A DNA stretch of 64,000 bases from Euglena gracilis (lineage: Eukaryota). The translations under genes and the position numbers were made by a program. Within the stretch, counting starts at the first letter, position 1, and each line of letters starts with the position of its first letter. The DNA lies in assembly GCA_039621445.1 (NCBI GenBank), contig CP154954.1, forward strand, positions 33,395,455 to 33,459,454, in the 5' to 3' direction. Below the pieces are notes generated by a model. The model did no database searches and had not been told where the DNA came from. It worked only from the letters and a program-made list of their open reading frames with translations. Shown here piece after piece: positions 1 through 8,919 of this stretch.

Positions 1-275
1 TTTTTTTCAAAAAATCAAATGCCACGTCCTTTGCCGTGTGTCTGGCGCACTCCCTTCAACCTGGTGCCACGATGAGGTGATGCGACAGGACAGGGATCCC
101 ACGCCACATTTTGGTACCCATTTGGCCATTTCCGGGTCAAAAAAATCGAAAATTTCAAAATATCTCCAAAAGGAAATTATTGGGCAAAAATGATAAAATA
201 ATAAAATAAGCCCCAGGGACCCTGTCAGACGCACTCAGGGCCGCTGCTCCCCCCCCCTCCCCCCCCCCCCCGCAG

Positions 276-2554
276 CCCCAACCCAGACGCCCCGGACCGC
301 CACCCCGCGGACGCTGCCCGGGGACGGCGCCGCGCTGCGCACGCCGCGGCCGGACGCCGCGGCCGCCAGCCCCCGTGTGTTGCGGACCATCCAGCCCGCC
401 GCCTCCCCCGCCGCCGCGACGGACGCGTCCAAGTACTTCCACTCCAAGCCAACCCCCGCAGGTGTTTGGCGCGTGCTCTGTTGGCTGCAGGTGCTTTTGT
501 CGGGGGGTTGTTCAAGGACATGCTCCCCGCATGGTTTCTCATCACAGAAAAGGAAAGTTTGAAAAGCGATCTCCAAAAAATTTTTCTATCGTTTCCATGA
601 GACCAAACTTTTCGGCAGCAACCTGGATGCTAGTTTCAGACGTTGCATTCAAGCTCAAATTTCACTGGGAAAAATGCTTGACTTTTCTCAGGTTTTCTGG
701 CAAAAAATTGCAATCCAAACTTCAAGGACTTTCGAAGCATCGGTTCCATTTTTTTCTTGTGCATACAATTTTGGGTGGTTTAGTTGGTCAAATGTGTTAC
801 AGACTTGTGACTGTGCTCTTGTTCCTGTCCACTCCTTCGCAAACAACTACTTTTTGTTGTTCCCACCTTTTTTTGCTTGCTGTCCTCTGTTGCCTTCAAA
901 GCACCCCCCCCCCCTTTTCCCCCAGTGGGGATCGGTATTGAACTAAATGTGTGTCAACTGTGTTAGGGGAAATTCCTTGATCCCTCACTCCACAGGTTTA
1001 TTTGCAATTTTGCTTTGCACTTGTTGTTGCGTGTTTTTTTGCTGGCAATTTTTCTAATTCTATGATTAGCTTCAGAAAAATTCCACATTTTGGACCAAAT
1101 TTTTATTTTGCCCTGACCTTTTAAATCAGGTGTTGTTGTATTGTTTTTGACAGCACTCTCTTTTAGAGGCGACATGCTCCCAAGTGATAAAAAAATCAAG
1201 GCTTTCAACACTTTTGTTACGCCTGACTTACCCTCAAAATGCATTGAGTCCAACTTGAGTTTTGCATTTTTGCCAAGCTCGTTCTTCCAAGGTCCACATT
1301 CTGCCCCCCGGCCTGCACAAAGAAAATGACCCGGAAAAAGAGCCCTCCGAGCTGTCTGTTTGTCCTGGGGGGTGATCCGAGGGTTTTTTTGCAGGGCCCC
1401 ACGGAGTGGCCTGTTTTGCATCGGGTGCTGAGGAGCCATATGGCAGGGTTTGGGTTCCAACCATGCCGCCCCGCTTCGCAATTGGTGTGCCCGCAATTTG
1501 GCGGCCGTCAGCCTGCTGCAAGGGCTGGAGTTTTTTTTCCCTTTCGCTGCAGGACGCCACAGGGCTGGGGCTGGCCAAAGGCCAGTCCAGGGCTCAAATG
1601 GGTCGAGATCAAAATGGCAGACCACCGCGTTTTTTTTGCCGGTTTTGGGCAATGGGCCAACATCTCTGCTCACTTTCCTCGGCCATCCTGTTGACTGTCC
1701 CGGGGCAGCAGCAGAGCTTTTCGACAAGGGCCCTGTAGGGTTGCCCCCCCCCCCCCCGAGGAGCAGCGTGCCGCCCGGCCTCAGGAGGGCCGCCGCCGGC
1801 GGGGGACATGCCGCGTGCCCAGTCGATGCCCGCCCTCGCCTCCCCCCGGCCGGCGGTGCTGTACCGCCCGGAGGAGGGCCCGGCCGCTGCCGCGCAGTGC
1901 GCCCCCCGCCCCTTGTCGAGCCGGGGGCAGCAGCCCGCTTCAGGCGTTGCCGTGCCGTGTAAAGTGTTCATGGCTTTGCTTTTGAAAGTGGGTCACTGTG
2001 GTGGTTGAAAATGAGATGGTTGAGAATGGCAAATGAATGCAGATGGGAAAAAATTGGAAATGAACAAAACTGGCCCGGGAAAAATTGGCGGAACAAAATC
2101 CTTTCAAATTTTCTCTGCCGTTTTGGCCGAGACTTCAATTTCTGCAACTGCAACTGCAACTGCAATTCTGCTCCAAGTCCCCCCCTGCGGTAAAGCGAGT
2201 TGACGACCACTTTCGCTCTAACCCTTTGCGTTTTTTTTTGTGTGTTTTTTTGTGTCACCTTTTTTGAGGGTCCATGTTGCCCCCCCCCTGCCGACCCATC
2301 AAAGCCCGGCGGCACAGCGGCATTCGTCATGGATTGTGTCCCCCGTCCGCAGGCGGCGGCCCTGAAGCGGTGGTGGCGGCGCGGCCGTCGGCCCGGGTCC
2401 TGGAGACCCCCCGTGTCGCCCTCATCTCCCCGCGGCCTGCAGAGGACTGCCGGACGCCCCGGGTGCTGGGCAGTGCGAGAGGTGCCCGCCCAAGTCCCTG
2501 CAACCCACTGAACAACTGCAAGCTCACAGTGCACTTAAATGCAAGAGCGTGTGT

Positions 2555-2585
<31 letters not shown>

Positions 2586-5500
2586 TGTGTGTGTGTGTGT
2601 GTTGTGTGTGTGCTGTGTGTGTTTGTCTGTGTTCGTGCGTGCTTGAGTGTGCATGCGCGCACGTGTGTTGCATGTTTTCCCTTGTGTGCACACACAACCT
2701 CTGCAGGGGTCGGGATGACCCATGCAGAGGTTGATGGCCCATGCATGGCTGAGCCATCCCACGGGGATGGCTCAGCCAGCTTCGACCTCCCCGGCCGCTC
2801 CCCTGACCTCCGGAGGGCCCCTGGGGACGGCCCTGGCCAGTCCGTGCTCTACATGGAGGACAGCTGGGCTGTGAGGAGCACAGCCGTCCCTCGCAGCACG
2901 GGTCGAACCCCTCGCTCTGTTTTCAGCACTCTGCATGAGGGCTCAGTGTTTGAACGTGATATCCTGATGGATGCATTGGTGTGTGTTACTTTGGATGGGA
3001 GAGATCTTCAAGCCTTATGTGTTCAGGTCACAGAATGTAGTGCATGTGCAGTGTGTGAAGTGTGCAAGGTAATGCAGTGTAGCACCATGTGAACCACGTT
3101 TTGCAGTGCCCTCTTGGGTTGCCTGCCTGAGTCACATTACAGGGTGGAAGGCCGAACAGATTTGTCCAAATAACTTCGCCCCCATCTGGGCTGACACAGC
3201 AAAGATAGATATCTTAGTCATGGGACAGCCAAAACAATCACTTTCCAATGAATGCACCATGCATCCGGCTGTTCGGTGCGGAACAGAATCCAAAAACTCA
3301 AAGGTCAGGCACGGGGTTTTTTTTAGTCTTGGACCCCCCTCCCCCGGGGGGGGGGAGGGTGGGTGGGTCCCTTGGACCCCCCTCCCCCCGGACACCTCGG
3401 GCTCCGCACTTTGCCATTGTGAGGCCATGCCTTGCTCGCCGGCGGTGTTGTGTGATTGTTCGTTTTGCGCTGGGTTAGGAGGTCCCGCTTAGTGCCTTTT
3501 TTCGCCGGAGTTGGCTGATTCTTAACTTGCCCTTCGACACCCAGAAGAAAGGAACAAAGTTCACGAACGAAGAACAACTGAAACAAGAAGTCAATATCAA
3601 TTCAATATCCAGAAGAACACGAACCAGACGAATATCAGTTGAAGAATTCAATTATCAATTTCAATTTCGACTTCGATGAGCAATGCACTGGAGAAGAAAT
3701 TGGAATCATATGATCACGGACGTCCTGGAGAAGCGGCCGCAGCAGGAGACCTTGGAGATGCAGTCATCACGTGGCAAACCGTGGCCGTTCTTCCCACCCA
3801 GACCCCCACCCCAGAAATTTCCCAGCCCAGAACCCCACCCAATGACGGCCACGGTCCTTGGACCATTGTGGCCAGAAGGCCCACAAGACAAAAGTCAGCC
3901 CCAGCCCTCGGTGGGCAAGGAACGGGCCTTGGAGGCCCAAAACGCTTTACAATTGGACAATCAAAGCCCACACATCAGGGGCATTTCACTCAAAGGCGCC
4001 CAGTCGCCTGGACACAAATTGGCCAGAAGGGGGGGAGATGGAATCAAGGCCAAGGAGGTCAACACCACAAGGGCCATGGGGGCCAGTTTTTCAAGCAAAT
4101 CCCCTCAGGAAGGGGCAGAAAAGGTCTGTCCAACCCCCCCAATTCAGCTTGCACAACAAACCCTCTCAAGGGGACAAAGGGGGGGCACAGCAGCCCCCCC
4201 AGATTTCCAATGGAGCTGGAGACCAAGGTCAAGAACAGCCCCATGGAGGGGAGACCAAGGACTGGAGCAGAATTTCATTCAATGTCATTTGCACGGCCAT
4301 GGCGGCCAAAAAGTGCAGGGCCAGGGCGGCCAGTTTTTACAGGGCCATGGCGGCCAGTTTTTACAGGGCCATGGAGGCCAGAATTTATCAGGCCAGGGAG
4401 GCCAAATGAGTCAACAAGGCCATGGGGGCCAAAGGGGTGGTCCAGAAATGGCCCCCCAGAAGCTAAGGTGCAAAGCTTATATAAAGCAACTGCAGCAGCC
4501 CCAGGAGGATGCCCCACAGGGGGCATTGGAGGAAAAGGGAGCCAACCCCCCAGATCAATTTACTTCTCTCATGGCAGGGGCAGATCAGAACAAGGGGGGG
4601 ACCCTCGAAGGCCCCCCTATGGTATGTCATCTGACAACACCGATGACAAGGTCCAGCACAAGAGAGTCTGTGAGCAGAGAGGGAGAGAGTGCATGCACAC
4701 CCCCCCAGTGTTCATTTCAAAGTACTCAATCCCTGGGGGTGAAATGTCCAACACCCCCCACCCAGCCCCCCCAAAATCATTTACTTCAGGAAATAAATTC
4801 CATGGAGGAAAAATGGGGAGACACCCCCCTGCACCAACGTTTGCAAAAAAGCCTGAAATGGTGGAAAAAACATGCACCTCAAGCAACATGTCAACTCATC
4901 AGGGATGGAATTCAAACCCCCTGGGCACGTCCCCCAAAATTGTCCACCCACCCAAAAACCAGAGCAAATTTGGACCTAAACCAGGCAGAAAAGATACTGC
5001 AGGACTACGAAAAAACTGGATCAGTAAGGAGGGTTGTGAATTCAAACTCCCAGCATCTGATACCCTGGTTTTTGATTTCAAAACCAGAAGGGGGACTAAC
5101 AAAATGGAGGCTGATAAGCGACTGCAGGGAACTAAATCAACAGTTCCAAGTCAAACCTTTCAAGTTGGACCACATCCAACATATTTTTCCTGTTTTGGAA
5201 AAAGGCCACTGGGCAGCCAAAATCGATTTAAAGGATGCTTATTTTCACATCCCAGTGAGCCAGGCCCTAAGGCCATTTTTAAGACATCAGGTGGGGGGAC
5301 AGACCTGGGAATTCCAGGCAGGCTGTTTTGGCCTGAATGTCATACCCCAAATCTTCATGGGGGTCATGAAAACCTTCGAAAAACTTTGGAGAAAACGGGG
5401 CATTCAGGTATTCATATACCTGGACGACATTTTGCTGGTGGCCCCAACACAAAACAATTTACAACATCATCTCAACACAGTGGTCAGAGATTTGTTGAGA

Positions 5501-8500
5501 GCAGGGTTCAAAATCAATGTCAAAAAGTCAACCCTGCAGCCCACCCAAATTGTAAATCATCTTGGATTCCAACTAAACTTCCAAGAGGGAAAATTACAGG
5601 TGCCCCCTCAGAAAATAAAAACAGTAAAAAAGGAGCTGGGAAAAATGGTGAAAAAAGATTACATGTCAAAAAGGCAATTGGCTGCCATTTTGGGCCAAAT
5701 AAGGTGCAACCTGATGGCCCTGCCCTTTTTAAGGGCTTTTACAGATTCCCTGACAAAATTTTTAGTGGCAAATTCCACAGCACCCTGGGATTCAAAACAT
5801 CCCATTTCACAGGGAATAAAGGCCCAATTGAGGGAAATAAAAATTCTACTGGACACCTGGGGGGGCAGGCCCTTCCCCCAAAATGCAACAAGAGAGTTGC
5901 ACTCAGACAGCAGCACCCATGCCTGGGGGGGGCTGGACATTCGAACTGGAAAAATCGTCCAAGAGTTTTGGAGAGAAAACTCCACTTTGCACATCATTGT
6001 AAAGGAGTTAAGTGCAGCCATAAGCACAGTAAAAAGTCTCAGCAAGCCAGGAGAAACTGTGTCCCTGTCAGTGGACAATCAAGTAATTTATTATTATTTA
6101 ACAAAAGGTGGGGGCAAGAAAGACCCGTTCAACACAATGCTAAGACCATTTTTCAAATGGTGCATGGAGAAAAATGTCAATCTCCAAGTAAACTGGGTCC
6201 CATCAAAGGAATGCCTGGCAGACCCCGTAAGCAGATGGGAAATGGACAGGGGGGACTACTCACTCGACCCCAAACTTTTTCACTGGCTGAAACAGCAATT
6301 CAAAAATTGCATAAATCTAGAAACAGACCTTTTTGCCTCCCCAGGCAACAGAAAACTGCCACAATTTGTGGCCAGGTGGCCCCACTGGGAAGCCACAGCA
6401 GTGGACGCTTTACAATGTCCACTGGACAACATGGGGGATCTTTATGCAAACCCCCCCTGGTCTGTAATCCAACAATTTCTCCCCAGATTAAGAATGTTTC
6501 CACGGACCAAAGTTTTGATGGTCACCCCCTACTGGGATTCAGCCACATGGTGGCCCCAATTAATAAAAATGAGAGTTCCAGGGACCCCCTGCCTAAAAAT
6601 CACCCCCTACAGGGGCATGTTCACCAATTGCAGGGGGGAAAAAATGCCACCCCCCAGGTGGCCCCTCCTTTGCATGATTTGCTCAGGCAAATTTTGGAGG
6701 GGAAACAAGTACAAAAATCAACCATTACAGATTTCCTGGGAAGAAACCCCAGTTTGAAAAGGTACCAAAGTGCCTTTACACTTTTATGGGTCATTGGACA
6801 AAATGGGGGTGCCCCCCCCCAAAGCAACCACAGACCAAGTGGCTGACGCTTTAATTCAACTTTTTCAAATGTCAAAGGCCCAGGCCCGTAATGCATACAG
6901 TGCTGTGCTTTTGATCCCTGGCTTGGGTGGCCTAAGGTTTAATACCTTATTAACACCTTACAAAAGGCTTTGGAACCAGAATCTGGAAAAATATGGTGCT
7001 TTTTGGGATCCCCTCCCAATCCTCCTGGGGCTGGCAAGGCAGCCTGTGCCTACTGATATTTGTGCATTGCGCACACAGCTCATTTTTTGTTCACGCATCC
7101 TGTGTTTATACCGTTCATCTGATTTGGCACAAGTCAAAAGAACCACAAGTGTGTTGGGGGGGGCACCCTACATTCAAATCAAACGTAAAGGACAGAAATT
7201 CCACAAGTGGGAAAGAGTTGTGTCAATTCCCCACTGTCCCCAAATCAGTCCCTTTCATTTAATTATGGCTTGTGTGGCCGCAACCCGATTTTACGTAAAG
7301 CCTGGGGGTCCCCTTCTGATTTCCTTAAAACCCCCCTATACACCCATAAGTGCTGACACAATTGCTTCTATTACAAGAGAATTTTTGACCAAACAGGGGG
7401 TACCCCCCCAGGTGTGGGGACCCCACTCCACCAGAGGGGCAGGGGTTGGGTTGCTCAAAAAATTGGGCCTTTCAGGCCAAGAAGTTTGTGAAATTGGGCA
7501 ATGGAAAGGGGTTGAGGCCTTTACAGCCCATTATCAAAGACTGGGTGCCCAAGGTACCTTGGAAAATGCCCTGGCCCCCCTCATTTCAGTGCACAATCTG
7601 GCCTCACAATGGCAAAGTGCGGAGCCCGAGGTGTCTCGTACTCCCTCGAGGAAAACCGACAAGGGAGGAAGGGACACCGAGGGCGGAGCACAAAGACATT
7701 GTGATCCCGACCCCCCCCTCCCTTTGAAAAAATTTGTCTTCAAACGCCCTCGGTCAGAAAGTGGGGGCCAGGGGGGGGGTGGGGGTAGGGGCTGGTGGGT
7801 ATATCTTTTTCGACGCCGAAGGTGCCGAAAATTTTTGAAAAAGGTGCTTTTTTTTTTTAGCATTTTTTCCATTTTCGGGCAAAAGTGGGTGGGTCCCCCG
7901 GGACCCCCCCTCTCCCCCGGGGGGGGCCACCCCAGGGGGGGGGTGGCCCCTCCCCCCCTCCCCCCCCGGTCTTAAAAAAACCCCTGGTCAGGCGTGAGGG
8001 AAGTTACCTCCCTTCATAAATCTATTGACAACTCGCCCTGCACGCCATTGGGGCATTTTCTGCACCACCTGTCGACATTTTGGCAGCCTCCTTGAGTGAC
8101 GCTGCTTCCGATCTGGAGTGCAAAGTCGTTTGGGTCGGCCTGGTTAAGACTCAACATTCAACCGGGAGAAACCACAACTGTAAGAATACTCACAGGCACG
8201 CACAAACCCAGTCAAGCGGGGCACAAGAAGCCAACAGAGTGTCCTGCTCCACGAGAAACCAGTTGGCAAAAGGCAGGCTTCTTGGGACTTGAAAAATCAG
8301 CAGCTTCTCAGTCTTGTTTCCAGCGTCCATGACCGAACTTCCTGCATACCTCCTAAGGCAACCCCCCGCCCCTCGGACCACTGGGGCCTGGACAGTTGTG
8401 CTGCCCTTGGACACAACCTCTCGGCACACCGGGTTGTGGCGATGCTTCGGGTGGGGCACGATCAAAAAGGTCCGCACACCGCCGGCCGGCATTCACGAAC

Positions 8501-8919
8501 CAGAGCAACCGTTGCTTTTCCCTCCTTCCTCCCCGCCCGTCGCAGGTCCGGGGGCCAGGGACCTGGCAGCGAAGTCGCCCATCCAGCGGAAGCTGTCGCT
8601 GCCCCTGGCGGAGCTGGTGGCGGAGCGGCGCCCCTCCAACGGCTCCACCACCCCGCGGTTCCACGGCATGTGCCCCCCCCCCCCTGGGTCCCCCCCCCCC
8701 CCCGCCACTGGGCTGGTGATCCCCCTGGAATCATATCTCACGCAGCCTCGGCTGGCTGACCCTTTTTATTTTTTGGGCTCCGCTGTATGGGGGGTGCGTT
8801 CCCTTCGTCCCTCTGCAGCGTCACGGGCGGGGCCTCCTCCCCCGTCGGCGTCATGGCGCTCGCGGACCAGCCGGCAGCTCTCGGACCTGCCTGGGCCAGC
8901 GTGGCTGCCCTTCCGCTGA
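276..8919 (+). CDS. Putative multi-exon host gene (3' part), low-complexity Pro/Ser/Ala-rich product of unknown function
   Basis: GC-rich islands follow polypyrimidine-CAG acceptors (275, 2352, 2706, 8545, 8818) and end at GT/GC donors (462, 2482, 8666). The junctions checked are all phase 1, and the last exon reads to TGA at 8917-8919. No homology recognised. Confidence 0.45.
2547..2635. repeat. (GT)n/(CA)n microsatellite
   Basis: Imperfect tgtgtg run. Confidence 0.95.
3676..6846 (+). CDS. Overlapping ORF whose C-terminus is the start of the tyrosine recombinase (frameshift near 6795)
   Basis: It is open for 1056 codons over the RT ORF. The end ITDFLGRNPSLKRYQSAF matches the YR N-terminus that is in frame with PPPEATTDQV in copy C (34579-34899). 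Confidence 0.75.
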   Translation: MSNALEKKLESYDHGRPGEAAAAGDLGDAVITWQTVAVLPTQTPTPEISQPRTPPNDGHGPWTIVARRPTRQKSAPALGGQGTGLGGPKRFTIGQSKPTHQGHFTQRRPVAWTQIGQKGGRWNQGQGGQHHKGHGGQFFKQIPSGRGRKGLSNPPNSACTTNPLKGTKGGHSSPPRFPMELETKVKNSPMEGRPRTGAEFHSMSFARPWRPKSAGPGRPVFTGPWRPVFTGPWRPEFIRPGRPNESTRPWGPKGWSRNGPPEAKVQSLYKATAAAPGGCPTGGIGGKGSQPPRSIYFSHGRGRSEQGGDPRRPPYGMSSDNTDDKVQHKRVCEQRGRECMHTPPVFISKYSIPGGEMSNTPHPAPPKSFTSGNKFHGGKMGRHPPAPTFAKKPEMVEKTCTSSNMSTHQGWNSNPLGTSPKIVHPPKNQSKFGPKPGRKDTAGLRKNWISKEGCEFKLPASDTLVFDFKTRRGTNKMEADKRLQGTKSTVPSQTFQVGPHPTYFSCFGKRPLGSQNRFKGCLFSHPSEPGPKAIFKTSGGGTDLGIPGRLFWPECHTPNLHGGHENLRKTLEKTGHSGIHIPGRHFAGGPNTKQFTTSSQHSGQRFVESRVQNQCQKVNPAAHPNCKSSWIPTKLPRGKITGAPSENKNSKKGAGKNGEKRLHVKKAIGCHFGPNKVQPDGPALFKGFYRFPDKIFSGKFHSTLGFKTSHFTGNKGPIEGNKNSTGHLGGQALPPKCNKRVALRQQHPCLGGAGHSNWKNRPRVLERKLHFAHHCKGVKCSHKHSKKSQQARRNCVPVSGQSSNLLLFNKRWGQERPVQHNAKTIFQMVHGEKCQSPSKLGPIKGMPGRPRKQMGNGQGGLLTRPQTFSLAETAIQKLHKSRNRPFCLPRQQKTATICGQVAPLGSHSSGRFTMSTGQHGGSLCKPPLVCNPTISPQIKNVSTDQSFDGHPLLGFSHMVAPINKNESSRDPLPKNHPLQGHVHQLQGGKNATPQVAPPLHDLLRQILEGKQVQKSTITDFLGRNPSLKRYQSAFTLLWVIGQNGGAPPQSNHRPSG
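3683..6757 (+). CDS. DIRS polyprotein: Gln/Gly-rich N-terminus, reverse transcriptase, RNase H, Dam-like N6-adenine methyltransferase
   Basis: RT motifs KWRLISDCRELN, IDLKDAYFH, CFGL and YLDD. RNase H motifs HSDSS, KEL and VDN. MT motifs DYSLD, TDLFAS and YANPPW. Confidence 0.95.
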   Translation: MHWRRNWNHMITDVLEKRPQQETLEMQSSRGKPWPFFPPRPPPQKFPSPEPHPMTATVLGPLWPEGPQDKSQPQPSVGKERALEAQNALQLDNQSPHIRGISLKGAQSPGHKLARRGGDGIKAKEVNTTRAMGASFSSKSPQEGAEKVCPTPPIQLAQQTLSRGQRGGTAAPPDFQWSWRPRSRTAPWRGDQGLEQNFIQCHLHGHGGQKVQGQGGQFLQGHGGQFLQGHGGQNLSGQGGQMSQQGHGGQRGGPEMAPQKLRCKAYIKQLQQPQEDAPQGALEEKGANPPDQFTSLMAGADQNKGGTLEGPPMVCHLTTPMTRSSTRESVSREGESACTPPQCSFQSTQSLGVKCPTPPTQPPQNHLLQEINSMEEKWGDTPLHQRLQKSLKWWKKHAPQATCQLIRDGIQTPWARPPKLSTHPKTRANLDLNQAEKILQDYEKTGSVRRVVNSNSQHLIPWFLISKPEGGLTKWRLISDCRELNQQFQVKPFKLDHIQHIFPVLEKGHWAAKIDLKDAYFHIPVSQALRPFLRHQVGGQTWEFQAGCFGLNVIPQIFMGVMKTFEKLWRKRGIQVFIYLDDILLVAPTQNNLQHHLNTVVRDLLRAGFKINVKKSTLQPTQIVNHLGFQLNFQEGKLQVPPQKIKTVKKELGKMVKKDYMSKRQLAAILGQIRCNLMALPFLRAFTDSLTKFLVANSTAPWDSKHPISQGIKAQLREIKILLDTWGGRPFPQNATRELHSDSSTHAWGGLDIRTGKIVQEFWRENSTLHIIVKELSAAISTVKSLSKPGETVSLSVDNQVIYYYLTKGGGKKDPFNTMLRPFFKWCMEKNVNLQVNWVPSKECLADPVSRWEMDRGDYSLDPKLFHWLKQQFKNCINLETDLFASPGNRKLPQFVARWPHWEATAVDALQCPLDNMGDLYANPPWSVIQQFLPRLRMFPRTKVLMVTPYWDSATWWPQLIKMRVPGTPCLKITPYRGMFTNCRGEKMPPPRWPLLCMICSGKFWRGNKYKNQPLQISWEETPV
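6770..7975 (+). CDS. DIRS tyrosine recombinase, catalytic part (true end probably ~7770, after which it reads into the MITE)
   Basis: R-HxxR-W-Y residues are present: LYRSSDL, HSTRGAG, GQW, FTAHY. Confidence 0.92.
   Translation: MPLHFYGSLDKMGVPPPKATTDQVADALIQLFQMSKAQARNAYSAVLLIPGLGGLRFNTLLTPYKRLWNQNLEKYGAFWDPLPILLGLARQPVPTDICALRTQLIFCSRILCLYRSSDLAQVKRTTSVLGGAPYIQIKRKGQKFHKWERVVSIPHCPQISPFHLIMACVAATRFYVKPGGPLLISLKPPYTPISADTIASITREFLTKQGVPPQVWGPHSTRGAGVGLLKKLGLSGQEVCEIGQWKGVEAFTAHYQRLGAQGTLENALAPLISVHNLASQWQSAEPEVSRTPSRKTDKGGRDTEGGAQRHCDPDPPLPLKKFVFKRPRSESGGQGGGGGRGWWVYLFRRRRCRKFLKKVLFFFSIFSIFGQKWVGPPGPPLSPGGGHPRGGVAPPPLPPRS

Larger units (their letters stand above)
3391..7770 (+). mobile_element. 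DIRS1-type retrotransposon, family 1, copy A (near intact, right ITR lost)
   Basis: The left extension plus ITR spans 3391-~3545. The ICR at 7599-7704 has a first 37 nt that are the exact reverse complement of 3391-3427. RT, RH, MT and YR ORFs lie inside. Confidence 0.95.
3310..7986. mobile_element. hAT-like MITE split by the DIRS insertion
   Basis: Left end cacggggttttttttag and right end cttaaaaaaacccctg are inverted. The flanks gtcaggca and gtcaggcg resemble an 8-bp TSD. Both halves share gggtgggtccc..ggaccccc motifs. Confidence 0.55.

Noticed and set aside
2274-3092. 272-aa single-exon ORF with VC repeats
   Set aside because: It reads through a (GT)n microsatellite that is probably intronic.
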